Shown here one piece after another: positions 40,821 through 55,419 of a stretch of 64,000 nt of DNA. Position 1 is the stretch's first letter. Every line of letters starts with the position of its first letter. Position numbers and translations under genes: made by a program. The DNA is from Chrysomallon squamiferum (lineage: Eukaryota; Animalia; Mollusca): positions 31,620,001 to 31,684,000 of the forward strand of contig CM022665.1 in assembly GCA_012295275.1 (NCBI GenBank), written 5' to 3'. Below the pieces are notes generated by a model that was not told where the DNA came from, searched no databases, and worked only from the letters and a program-made list of their open reading frames with translations.

Positions 40821-42185
40821 ACATACATACTTGCATGCATGTGTAAATACATATATTAATATATGCATACATATGTACATACCAACATATATAAATACAT
40901 ACATATGTGCAGGTACATATTTTCTAAAGAGTATTTAATGATACCCAGCATTAAAAAACACTGGCTATCTGAGTTTAAAAATATACTAACTGTCAAAACC
41001 TTTAGATGCCGCAATACTAAAGGTATATAAGGCGATATTGCTTTTGTTTTTCGTTTTTGCTGTAAAGATAGTATCTCATAGAAAAAACTACTTATAATCA
41101 ATCTTTAAACTAATAAATGTCGTCTGTCAGCTGTTAAATCGCACAACTATATAATCTTAACGAATAATGAATAAAAGTTAAGTCGCATACGCACACACAA
41201 GAACACGCGCATTAATGTACGTATGTATGTCAGCTATATAAATAAAAGATGTAGCCGACTATCAAAGGATAGATTATTATTATGCTGTTGTTCTTTTTTG
41301 TTGTTGTTTTTATTTTTATTTTGTTTGGGTATATTGTAATATAACATTTTTATAAACTTCTAGTATATCAAAAGAAAACCCATAGAAATAGATAATTAAT
41401 TTTTTTATACTCTCTATATGTATTTAATTATTTTGATTATATATATGATTTATTTATTTGTCTATCTACCTTTTGTCCGTCTGTCTATCTATTTATCTAT
41501 CTATAAATCTAACTGTATATCGATCTACCTACCTACCTATTTATTCATCGGCACTTTCATGCATAATTGAATGTGTTGACATACTGACATGGTAACTTAA
41601 AACATCACAAACGCTGATCAATACCTGACTGACTTCAGCGAGGTTTCGCAATATAATAACTAAACCAAACCAGTTTCAGGACGAAAACAAGGTCACAAAT
41701 GATCAAATGTATTTTCTGTTCCAGGAAAAACTTGTTTTGACAACCACCATTGCCAAGCATTACTTAAATTATACTGACAAAAGATATTTATGTATTTTTT
41801 ATATATATATTTATATATACATTTAAAAATATGCTAAGAATATGTAAGTCATATATTATGATATTGTGAAGCACCTTTGTCGACATCCTTGACGACGGTT
41901 TGTTATAAATAAGCCACCTAGTTAAATACAATTAGGACACAAACATACACAGGTTAATACGTATATTATACAGACAGACAGACAAACAGACCAGAGATGT
42001 CGCTGAATGCCACAAATTTGTTCTTTTGGGGGCGATATCAATAGCTCAGATGTAAAGTTGTTTGCTCGGCAGTATCACAGGTTCAGTTCCCACTGCAGAA
42101 CTCCAGTCTCTTACATTACTAGCAACAACTTACTGCTTTTAAAACTCGATAATAAATCAGTATTTCATTTTAAAACAACAACTAA

Positions 42186-42218
<33 letters not shown>

Positions 42219-42958
42219 TAAAAAATAATAATAACAATAACACTGTTGAATAAAATGGCTTTGAACCTTGCTGATGTGAACAAGACAGATGTGTTTGGTC
42301 GAACCTTCTATAAAGCCCACCTTTACTTAACAACCATTCATCTATACTGGGCATTTCATACAGTACATTACGTATACAAATACGTCTATTGTAATATAAA
42401 TGTAAATTCAACCTGCTAATAAATTTGATTCTTCTTAAATTCTTTGTAAAGCATCCATGTATAAATGTTACAGGAGAAAGCCTAATAAGTTAAAAATGTG
42501 TAGAAAACAATAACATATATTTCAGTCAGTAAAATATTTTATGCATGCGATGTTTTACGAACGCAGATGTCATAATAACGTAACATTTTAACGGATGCTA
42601 CAGCGGGGATTGAACCTGTGCTACAGCCGAGCACGGGACATTGTAATCTGAATTATAATATTTGCGGTTGATGAATGTGTCATTTGTCGTTGTGACATTT
42701 GTGGTTGTGACATTAGTGTTTGAGAACTTTGTCGGCAGGTTATTTGTGTGCAAAATTACTTTCATCAGACTTGCGATATCAGAGGGTGCCAGTGCGTTCC
42801 CGAATATTTTCTATGTGCAGACGTACATATGACTGAGAGTATTCAAATCCTAAAACACATAATACCTACCTACCTGTATATATACATACATACTACATGT
42901 ATGAGCACATATAAAGATACATAAATACATATATACCTATATATAAGTATTTACTTAC

Positions 42959-43043
42959 CTCAGTCGTCTTCTTCAAAGAAGCAAGGACCAATCTCGAACG
43001 ACGTTTCTGTCTAAATAAAACCGGCCGTCTTCAGCCTTTTATA
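42959..43043 (-). promoter_or_regulatory. Candidate TATA promoter and non-coding first exon of the cornifelin-like gene
   Basis: TATAAAAG on the minus strand at 43043-43036, then a strong donor GAG|GTAAGT at 42959/42958, in a locally CpG-richer patch. Confidence 0.45.
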
Positions 43044-43842
43044 GATATGCTGATTTTGCGGGTGCGGACAAAGAACTATGACGTTTGGTATTCACCACAC
43101 ATTCAATACAGAATGGCTGTTCCCTGTATATTAACAAGTACACAATCTTTTTTTATAATACCAAGTAAATGTGCAAGACGAATCCGAAAATGGTCTAAAC
43201 ATGAATAATTATTAGTTTTCTTAGACAATGGTAACCAGTTATATATCCTGGATTATTATTATTTTTTTTTTTTTTTTTTTTTTGATTTCTAAGTAATTAC
43301 AGAAGTAAAAATAGTTCAGCAGTTGTTTCGTTCGTTCAGAATGTGTTTGTTTTTTTAAATGTTGACATACATGTTTATACGTATATTTTTTCTGTAAGTT
43401 TGCATATAATAAGAATAATAACAATAATAATAGTAATAGCAATAAGAATAAGAATAATAATCACATAAATAACCACAACAACAATAAATAAATAAAACTA
43501 GTAAAAAATAAATAACCAACTCACTTAAATGCTCATAATAATAAATTCTGTACAAACAACAAAGATTTAATAGAAAAACAATAAACATCACGTCTTGTAC
43601 ATATAAAACTGTTCTGTTATTATTGGTTTTGCTTCTGCTTAGAATAAATTGTGGTTAACATTTTTTTTTTTAATGTTTCCTCGAGAATGAATCCAGATAT
43701 TCTAAATATGTATTGCGTTATAAACACGAAATACGAAATAAGATAATAATAAATAAATAAATAAATAAATAAATAATGCATATATAAATCTTTTAGTCAC
43801 GAAAGTCTTCATTCATATTTCTGCAGCTCACGAGCAGTTTAG

Positions 43843-44098
43843 TCACGTGATAATTTCCTTCAGTGAACAAATAACAGTTAGAGAACTAATAAAGAGAAGG
43901 GGTGGACGGTTGTTTTTGATGAATATTTGTTTATGCGGTAAGAGTGCGTGGGTCTCCCTTTAGGATGTTGTCCAGCTCCCGTCCCATTTGACACAGGGCA
44001 CACGGGGCGCAGTCAGTACATATACTGCCCTAGAATAAACAGTAAAATAAAAAATCATTGTTTTTATTTATTTATTTGTTAAATTCTTTCTTCTTCTT

Positions 44099-44135
<37 letters not shown>

Positions 44136-45710
44136 GTTTATTTTTATAAAATATTATATCATGTCAAATGTAGTATAGTAGTACTGACAGCAGCAGAAAC
44201 AGCAGAAGTAGCAGGAGAAGTAGCAGTAGAATAAGATTTATTATTATTATTAGTTGTAGTAATAATCGCAGTACTAGTAGAAGTAGTATTAGTAGTAGTA
44301 GTAGTATTGGTTGTAGAGTAGTAGTAGTAGTAGTAGTACAGAATTATACAAAGCCTAGATAAGAAAGTGGATAACAGATGGACAACTAATTATAGATGGA
44401 TGAATGGAAACATGATGAATTGTAGGATATGTAGACAGACAGAAAAGGACAGAAAGACAGTGTAAAGGAGGAACTATGCCTACACAACAGAACAAAGAAA
44501 ACGAAAAATAAAAATGAAAATCATAGTCTACGTCAATAGAATGAACGCCTCTTATGCGTGCTCTAAAGATTGTGTGCTCTAAAGATTGGAACACGAAGTG
44601 GTCCCCATCATCCGTCTCCCTTGTTTTCCGGACAAAACACAGGTATAACAGAAAGGACAAAGTAAGGCGAAGATACCTAGAAAAGAAAATATCCTAAATG
44701 AGTTATTTTGCTATTGGTATTGTGATATGTTGTAAATATCGTCTTCGTGTTCATGTATTTTCTCAGTGGACAATACCTCTAACACCTAAAAAGCCATTAC
44801 TGCACTAATTTCCTGGTCCAGCTAAAATATCAAAGACCACTTTCCTGCCTTTAAATGATTAAAAAAAACAAAAACACAAAGAAAGGAAACAGATTTTAAT
44901 GCGCAATAACCTAATTTGGTGGTGGTGGTGGTGGTGGTGGTGGTGTGTGTGTGTGTGTGTGTGCGTGCGCGCGCGTGTGTGTAATATTTGGTAAACAATA
45001 TTTGGTAAACTATATTTCTTTATTAAGAACTAAGTCTGATAATAAAAACAAATCTGTTGAAAATGTATGAAGACTGATATCATTTATTCATTTAATTAAG
45101 ATTTAAATACACTGTCGACCGGGTAAATGCACTGGTGGAAGCAATTCACTGCGACCATAGAAATGACTATTTGTATACGTACTATCACTAAAGTTTTCGA
45201 AACAACCACACAATCCAGTACTCCGCTGTCTCAGTTAACAATAACAAATGTGTCCGGTGTGTCTGTGGTGCCTGCAATCAAATAACCGATGATTTAAATT
45301 TAGTCAAGACGTTTTAAGCACATTATGACTCGATTGTTAAATGTGATATCAAATCCACACATCATAATTCCAACTGTTTTCTTACGTGTGTTGTCCATAT
45401 GCACATCATTGCCTGTAATATAATGCTACCTCTTTTATTTCTTCTGGATGAAGCAAAACCAAGTATTTTTTTTTAAATATATTTAAATTGTTGTGTTTTG
45501 ATGACAAATAGTAACGGTTAAAATATATGTATATTGATTGTGATATCGAAAACGGGTTTAGGTAAATAATCATTGACTACGTGTTTTCAAGTATTGATCT
45601 GAAATGTATTAATGGATTCAAAGCATTCAGTATCTGAACACAACAGGAACAAAAGGACGCGAGAATAGAAAAACAATACTTACAGGTTGTTCTGGCTGAA
45701 CTTTGGCCAT
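43843..45710 (-). pseudogene. Unprocessed cornifelin/PLAC8 tandem-duplicate pseudogene
   Basis: Exon remnants 45710-45684 (MAKVQPEQP), 45271-45183 (RQRSTGLCGCFENFSD, frameshifted, W->R), 44676-44532 (+1 frameshift, TGC->TGA, 16-bp duplication CAATCTTTAGAGCAC), 44029-43843 (GSICTDC--APCALCQMGRELDNI with an in-frame deletion). Confidence 0.85.
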
Positions 45711-46070
45711 TGTACAACGTCGTTTCTCACTTTTTCAGGAAAAAAAACAAAAAAAACAATTAAAATATTCTCAAAATGAAAGAAATATTAGAAAAACTGA
45801 CTTCAGCTCTTATGAATATTTGTTTCAACTTTTTATAATTTAAGACTGTAAATGGTCAAACATAAAGGACAGTCTTTTTCTCGTCTTCTTTCTTTCTTTT
45901 TTAATTAGATTAATGAAATATGAAAGAGGAAACACTCTACCGCCATTCCACAGGATACTCATCTATATCGGCTGCCAGCACCCGGGACAAGGCATGTATT
46001 GTACCGCCTAATAAGTGGAAGTTAGCCCTCCCGGAGTCCCTTCCACCAGCCCAGTAGTGAACACCTTAAT

Positions 46071-46101
<31 letters not shown>

Positions 46102-48686
46102 GTATTTAAAGAAAATTATTGATGTGATCAAAGTAAAATGCATTTAATGCTGTTGTCATAAACTGATAAAAAGATAAAATAATTTTTGTACTGTTCCACT
46201 GATATTTCATTAATACAAAGAAGAAATTTTGCATTATTACAATGACGTACAACATCAAAATCTTTTTTAACTAGTAGAATGGAAGGGAGAATTTCTCTGT
46301 GATGGGGAATGTTATTTTATTTATTTAATTTTGCGCCCGGTCAGCCGCTTCTTTGCCCCACCCTTCGCTATGCCACTGCTCATGGATTAGCTTAAAAAAT
46401 GTACGACATACATCTTTGCGGAAATGGTAAAGCATGAACAAAGGCCTTTGATAAACCAGTCCAGTTAAAACTTAACAAACGCACTGCGCGCCTAGGCAGG
46501 ATCGATACTTTAACCTTCTGAATCCAGAGTTCCTGAGTTGCAAAACCCCATAAAAAAAAATGACTCGCCTTAATTATAAAAGATCCCAGATGATGTAAAT
46601 ATTTCTTCCGAATTCCTGTAAATTTCTTTTTATAAAAGATGTTAAAATATTATCTTTGTTCATAATTTTATATATATATATATATATTAAACTTTTAGCA
46701 CAGAATAATACTAAACGAATTTCGTCTGAAGTAATAATGTAAAAACTCGCTTGCTCCACTAAAGGGTCAGTTTATCGTATATCTCACTGTGCTATTTTAC
46801 ATCAGTATTTTTTTTTTTTCTTTCATGTAATAAAACAAATTATTTGAAGTTAAAAACAAATTAAGGTTTATTTTTAAAAACAGTTTTCGTATCCATTGGC
46901 TTAATTTCTGTAAAATATATAAATAACTAAAGAGAGATAATTATTAATTAGCAAATACACTTACATAATGTTTTTTTTTTTTTTTTTTTTAAATAAGATA
47001 AAATATAAAATAAAAAACAAATAAAATAAATAAATCAAATGAAATTTTAATTTGTTTTATCGCATGTTGAAAGAATTCAGATTCACAAATTATTATAAAC
47101 AAAAAGACCGCTAATCATTTTTGTATATCTTTTTCTTGTTCTTCGTACAGGGGGTAAAATCTGATATGATTTTGATAAAACGGTAAACATCTTCTTGTCT
47201 GCATAACCTAGTCGACAAGTACTTTGTTACTATGGTGTGATATACAATTTTGAGAGTAATCAACAAGTTATATTTACAAAGACGTCTTAAATTTCGGTTA
47301 ACTATTCTTTCTTTTTTTTTCTTTTTTTCCTCCTTGTACTTATGATAGATCAAGTCTTAAATCAAATAAAGAAAAATCAAAATTTATGTTTGGAAAAGAA
47401 TTTCACGTGTATCAAACAAAGTCTTTTCTTTTCGCTGATGTTTTTTTGTTTATTTTTTGCTTTCTGTTGTTATGTGCATTGTTAACATCGAATTGTTATG
47501 TTTATTTTTCTTATTCTCATAAAATTTTGTAGTCACATTTATTGCGTAAGATATATATGACCATACTGATTTATTAACAGAATACACATACCTGACCTTT
47601 ATGTATTTTACACTTATTTATGATCTCATTCTGAATTCATTTCTTATTACTGAATATTTATTTATTTAATATTAGTTATTTATTTTAACCTTATCGTTAT
47701 TATTATTATTACTGTTGTTGTTGTTGTTGTTGTTATTATTGTTGCTGGTGATGGTGTTGGTGTTGGTGGTATATAATTTAGATTATTTCTGTGGATTTTC
47801 TGATTACTTTTCTGTCACTGTTCGAGTATTTCCCTTCACTAAAAGTGTGCGTGAACACACACAAATAGTCACTCAAACGTAATATTTCTTTTATTTCTAG
47901 ATTGCTCTGATCAGCTTTCAAAAATCAAAACTTCAGACATTATTTGTTTAAATTTCAGGATATATATATATATATATACTATAATTACAGTACTCTTATA
48001 AGTTTCCCTCGCAATAAATAATCATCTTCACAACCTTGCTGATAAACAGTAATATTATTTATAACATTTCGTTTCAATATGTACTGTTACCCTTTATAAG
48101 AGCATAAACTATTTGTATTACGTTAAATACATTACAAGACATGCATATATTTTGATATTCTTTTAAAAATTGAGACTGGAAAAGTTTCACTTATTAAAAT
48201 CAAACGTTTTTAACATACAGTTCTTTGACCTGTTCTCCTTGGGGGTGGGGGTAAAAACGTGAAATCTATGACTCGGAGATGATAAACAATCGATCATTCT
48301 GGCTTCATGCGGACAAAGAGTATTACGGGTATACTGTTGCCTTGGAAGTGTAACCTATTTTCATGTGCAAATAACTGACTACGTGACAATTTGCATATTG
48401 ATCAGCAATTCTTGGTAAAGATGTTCAATAAATCGATATCTCATGTCTTTTCTCTTTCTAGTTTCATTTTCTAAAACATCGTTGTTTATTGATTAATTTA
48501 CCTATTATTATTATTATTATTAAAATTAGTAGTAGTAGTAATAATAATAATGGTAATAGTAGTAGCAGCAGCAGTTGTAGTATCAGTAATAGCTAGCGTG
48601 TAGTTTTTCTGCTGGCCGTTTTAGATTATTATTATTATTATTATTATTAATTGTCGATAATACTCCGTTTTATGTTTTATATGTAC

Positions 48687-48764
<78 letters not shown>

Positions 48765-50739
48765 CATTTTCAAGAAATTTGTGAAATGTTTGCATTGGTA
48801 GGCAAGGCCTTGGTTAGTATTTGAAGTAGAGATGCTCATACTTAAGAGCAATGCAATTTAAATTATGTTTTATATGCAACTGGAAGATCTCTCGACGAAA
48901 TAATCACGGTGATTTTGTTCGTCGTGGTTGAACTTCCCTTAAAAAATACATCTATATTCTTGACTGGAGGAAAATACATTGAAATTATAAACGTCACACA
49001 CACATACACACTATTATTAAATATTTTTCTTTTTCTTCTAAAATGAAATAAATCAATGAATTAACTAGTTTCATTAATCGTTATTAACGTTTCAATAAAT
49101 CATATTATTATTATTTATGTATTATTTTATGTATTTTTTAATACAATATCATGATTACGCATAAATTTTGAACTCGTTAAATATAAGTTAATAAATTCTA
49201 TGTGGACGATCCCCTAAGTGTACAAGATTATGCAAACATAATTATGTATTCAGTTGTGACATTAAATCAAGCAGATCATACACATGGCTGCCATTCAGAA
49301 GTGACGTCAACAGCGAAACCGGACATAGTATGAATATGAACATCGTTTACTTTTTGTTCCGTTGTAGCAGTTAAGTACAAACCCCTGAAAATCGCACACC
49401 CTATAGCATCCCTGTTTCTCCCATTTTCTGGCACACCTTGTAGGACTGATGTGTGACTGATACAGCATAAGGTGATAAAGTGTTAATGGACGGTGTATTG
49501 TAATCACTAATCAGTACTTAAATTAATTATTGTGTATGAAGGTCAATAAATAATTTTAAATCAGACTGTTGCACATATTTTTTAGTTAGCGGTGGGATGA
49601 AATATTTTTTGTTGCAATTTAACAGACATACTGTACTTTAAACTGTTCTTAAACACAAACAATTAATTTTGTGCCAAAATATTTGCAAAAAGCCCCCACC
49701 AATTTAATCCATTTATAACATACAAATATATGTTGTTCATATTAAAATTGCACATGGCAGGAAGTCTTATGGTGAGATGCAATTAAAAACACCATCACTA
49801 TTCGTATGTGTGGTATATTATGAGGGGGGATAATGTGATTTCTAGTGAGTGTTGTGATTTACTGGGTGTGTGATTTCCTGCCATTCTGTGTTTAATATAT
49901 AACAAAAATTATTTTCCCAGATACCTATTCTTTTTCAAGTGTTATGGCTGTATAGAATAATCGTATTCAATGAGGGTAAAATTAATTGGTATTTATGTTT
50001 TATTTTCTAAATTGGTAGAGTAATCAAGTAATAACAATGTAAATGAATAATAATTGAACTACTATAAAATTGTAAACTGTTTAAATGCAGTTATTTCACA
50101 TCAGAAGTGTTAGTCAAATTAAAAGTAGCTACTACATTCACAGAAATGAAAATATATGCCATAGCCTTCAATAAATTTTGAAACTTTGGATCAGAGAATA
50201 ACATGATGGGTCCATGTTAGATTAGACACCTAACTGCTTATCATTAAATATGCTGAGAATATTATTCATAATATCATAGATACTTTTTGCAAGTGTGGAT
50301 TTGAGGGTGCAAAATGTTCACAATAATTTTCTAAAACTTAAATGTATTACATAGCACAATTAAATATATAGATATGAATAAAATGTAATGATGTTTTATA
50401 TACCTATGTGCCTTTAAAGATTTTGTTTTTGAATTTCATATGCTGAGGTGAGTGGACATGTTACATGTGGGTGTTGTTAAAATTTATAGATTTTAAAAAT
50501 CACACAATCATAATTTTTTAATCTTTTTATTCAAAATACATCAAAACAATACTACACATAATCAGTTTGAATTTATTCATATTAATTCAGTAACTTTATT
50601 TGTCAGTTCATCAGTTAAAAGAAATAAATAATGATGTATAATAATTATAAATAGTAAAATTAATTTCAGCAACAGAAAATAATAATAATATTAACAATAA
50701 TGATTCTCAGAAAGTTTGAGACGAACTACTACAACTACA

Positions 50740-53700
50740 TCACCATCCACGAGTTGGTGTATACACAGCCACAACACTGTCAAATTCATGGACGTAGTAG
50801 AATGGATGCATTGCGGCAGTGGCACAAGACTGAAAATTGTAAATTTGTATTAATTTTTATTCATTTTTTACTTTTATACATTAATAGTTAAATCTGAATT
50901 TAATACATTATATTGGCTTTTTCAATCTTGCATTTAGATATAAAATTTGTAACAATTCCAGTTTGAATGAATATTAACATGACTCCTATTCTTCATTAAA
51001 ATATTTCATAGGTTTAAGTATGTCCTGGAATCTTCTATTAAACTATAATAATAATAATTAATTAATAAAAATAAAACACATTATATTTTTCTGTTATATT
51101 AAAAAATAATTTCTCTCACAGACATGCAATTAATTTATAAACATTCCTCAGTCATTATTGAATTTATGTTCACAAAGTCTTTATTTTTATTTTTTTGAAT
51201 AAAAACAAGAAAAAAGCATCTTATGTTTTAACAGACTGGAAAACAATTTCTCTTTCAGTCTTGCAACTAATTTATATTTTTAACAGACCTCACTTATTAT
51301 ACTAATGAGGTCATATTAAAAAAATTATCTTTTAATTTAATTTTTTCTCTTTCTTAAAGTTATCATCCCTACATTAATATACATACATGCCAGGGATAGA
51401 TGTACAGGATAGTTCCTATAGGATATTTATTAAAGTCCAATTTTCCATCAGCTTCTTTAACAATGCCTAGTTCTTGTGTTATTCTGGCCATTCTGTTTGA
51501 GAAACAATAAATATTACTGATTAGGAATATTACACAGTAACTATAACCTAGAATGTAGACAAAACAGTGGTTAAAAATTCGTGTTAACAGCAGTTACTAG
51601 AAATAATAAAAATTTTAGTTTAAAACCTTTTTTACAATAAAATAAATAACAAATAAAAATTATATCAATTTTACATTACAATGAAATAAAATCCAGTCCA
51701 GTCCAATCCAGTGAGAAATAAAATATTCTTAAAATGGCTGTTGATTTATTAATGGCTCTCTAGAGTTGACTCAGTGGTAACTATCTGATAGAAGTATATC
51801 ACTGATATGTCAGAGTTAAATAAACATGTTTAGGTATATGGGAAGTTATTTTCATTTTTTTAATTGTAGTTGTCACTGAAGTTGAAATCACCTGAGATTA
51901 GGATTATTCTGGAACATACAGAAACCAAATGGCAGTTTATCTTGGATAGCAATCCCATCATGACCTATGGCTGTGAAGCCACAGTCAACTACAAGATGAT
52001 TTTCATTCAGACAATGACCTATGACCCGAGTTGCGACACGACAAGCAATTTCATCAATTTTACATGCACTTAGAAAATAATGCTCGTAATCTGAAAACAA
52101 TAAAACATATATCTCATTTGGTTTATCATAGACTGGGGATGTATGGGAAGGCACCTCAACAATATTCATTATTATTATTACGTAAGAATAACCCACAAGT
52201 TAGTATTTTTCCGTTTTCCTTTGTATCATTTATATATTATAAAGGAACCCTCTGTGATATCTGATTATCATTAATATTAACAATAAAATATGCTGAGGTT
52301 TTGATTTGTTTTCATTTACATAGATATGCATGTTTATATTTTTCTTGTTCTTATATAGATATCAGAAATGTATTTCATTTTTAACTTTCTAAAGTTTCAA
52401 GTGTCTGCCTGGTTAATAAATAATATTAAGATAAAATGTTAGATCATTAATGTTATCCAGACACTTGACTAATATTAAAATGAACTTTATGACAAAATAG
52501 GAATTCTCCAATGCATTAATTTGAGATCATATATTTTTATATCTTTTCTTTTAAGTATGTGTCATTATATAAATATTTCAAATTCATTTACTATTATTCC
52601 AACTGAATGCTACCAAAATTTGATGCAAAATTACTAAACAGTTGATATAAAGTAAAATTATATTTAGGTTATTTGTTCTTGACAAGAATACTTCAAATGC
52701 AGCCAACATACATAATTATTCTCAGAAAGAAAACAAATAGGAAGCAAAAACAAAATGAGTCATAATTTACCATAGAAGATGTAATTGCCAGGATGAATCT
52801 CTGTCAGAGAAGAAAAGTTTTCTGATGGTTTTGAACAGGATGGTGTAGATCCAAGGCTGACGGTTGTGCAGTCAATACCTTCTTCTTGCAGCCTAGAACA
52901 AGAATATTATAAATAGTAATAACAGAATGTGCAATGATAACAAAAAAATAAATGTAGTTAATGGTTTCCATCAAAAGTGATAAAACTCAACACTTTGCAT
53001 CTGCCCCTGAGAGTACTGTAAATAGAAATTAGTTAAATGAATGGACAGTGGAGACAGGGAATCAAAGGGGCATTAACGATATGATAGGGAATCAAGGAGA
53101 TGAAGATAGAGAATTGAGACTGCTCTGGAATGAGAATTAAAATTCAAGAGGGCATATGAGATGAAAATAGGAAATAAAGGGAGGAGCGGAGATGAGAACA
53201 TGGCATCAAATGGAAGGCAGGAAGCATTTATGACAGTTAGTCTAATTAATTCACTGTGTATTCCTAGCTTACTGAGCAAAAATATATAAATGTTATACAT
53301 ATCTAGAAGAAGCACTGGAGCAAGTTTATTATTTCCAAAACAAAAGCTGTTTGGGAGGACCTAAGGTTAATTCACAAAACATATACTTAAATAATATACT
53401 GTTTTATTAAATTGACTCTAAACTTTACAATTAAACCAACTGTTCAAGAAAGAAATTTAGCTATCCTGTGTATGTTCCCAAATTATGTCTATCATGATTT
53501 TGCATCACACCCATTTAACTAACAAATATATAAGTAAATTTTCATTCAAATGATCTTTGTGTATGAGCATGTGTGTGTTTCTGATAGAGAAAGAGAGAAA
53601 AATAGCATGATGAAGTAATTGGATTAGCTATATCTAGCCACAAATATGTTCATGGATAGTTGATATTCACATTTAAAAAGGCAGAAATGAATTTTTATTA

Positions 53701-55380
53701 CTGACATCTACTTGAAGGTAATTATTTTGTTCAATCTTTATTAATGAAATATTTTTAAAATCTCCTTTAACAATTTAAGTGGCCTAAGTATCATTTATAT
53801 TATTAGAATTAAGAATGTTTTTAATGTATTTTGTTCAGTTATTTATTTGATGAGCATCAATATAAATTTAAAAGTGTTTGTTTTCCTGCCTACCAGAGTA
53901 CATCTATACTAAAAATACTAGTTCATTCATTAAATAAATGCATTAGTATTCAAATTTGAAGTATCCAGCCTTTTATTAAGTATAAAATTACCTTTTTTTA
54001 AGATATAGTAACCTGTCAACAGTTTTCTCCCCTGTATTTTTTATCTCTTCTTCATTAGCACAATCATAGGCATGTCCTTCATGTGTGTATATGCCTTTAA
54101 ACCTACAAATAAAAGTAATTAAGCAATTTGAAGTGTGGATTATTTTAAAACTAGATGGAGATGAAATATAAAACATAAAAAGATTTATGCAGATATATAT
54201 TAATATACATAGCATTCTGTGTGCACATTATGATATGTATGTCACACATACAAAAATACAAGTAATACATGCAGATATGTTGACAAGTGATTAGATGGAC
54301 GGGTATAGATAAATCAATTAAACTACATAAAAGATGTAGAACAAAATTATTAATCATTCCCTCACTTATCATTAATATTTTTATATTATTTTATATATTG
54401 TATAAACACAGACAGACACACACACAAATTTGTCCATCTTACACAAATATCCATATACAAACAGATATACATACATAATTTCTTCCTCTTAATTGTTGTT
54501 CTCACTCAAACACACACATCAAATCATTCACACACACACATACATACTCACTACATATACACATTGTTCATAGTGATAACGACAGTAAAATATTTGTTTA
54601 TTCTTAATAGCAAGATATACTGACCTGATTGTATCAACTTGGTTAAGTTTCTTTACTAATTCAACAGCAAAGTCACTGTTCCAGAGAACTCCCTCTAAAA
54701 AAAAAGAAATAATAAACAACAAAATTTTAGACGGGTAAAAAAAAAAAAAAAAAAAAAACCCAAACATTTAGCAGTGATTTACATTTCAGGATGTGAATTT
54801 TACAGGTGTTCTATTATATAGTGATTTTGTTATGTTAAATCTTTTCGACAAGGAAGAATAATTAGACCTAACCTGATGCATTATTTATAGATGTTAGAAA
54901 AAGAAAGAAAAAACAGAAAAAAGGTGTGTCAGGGATTAAGTACGAGACTTGGACACATAAAAAAGACATGTATATTATTATACAGTGATTATATTACCCT
55001 GTTAAATGTTTAAGATAAGGAAAACAAATTTAGAAGAGACTCGCACACTATTACATGCACCTGCAGATGTTAGTATTATGTTAAAATACTTTTCTTGTAT
55101 TTCAGTTATGTCCTTGGTTTGTCTTACATTTATTTTATTTAATTCAAATAAACTGATCACAAGTTAAAATATCCTTTAATATTTTATATATAAATATTCA
55201 ATTTATGAAGGAGACAAAAAAATATATAACAAATAAATAAATAAGTAAAGGAACATGTGACAACAAACCAACACAAAAGTAATAATAATCATAATAATTT
55301 TTTACAAAAATAAAAATGTCAAGAGATATTTATGTGACAAAATACTGACATGAAAATAAATGCAAATTTAGACACTAAGT

Positions 55381-55419
<39 letters not shown>

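Noticed and set aside
42595-42640. tRNA-like B-box (GGGGATTGAACC, reverse orientation); similar at ~46490-46515 and ~28690-28710
   Set aside because: No cloverleaf can be built; at most decayed tRNA-derived SINE heads.
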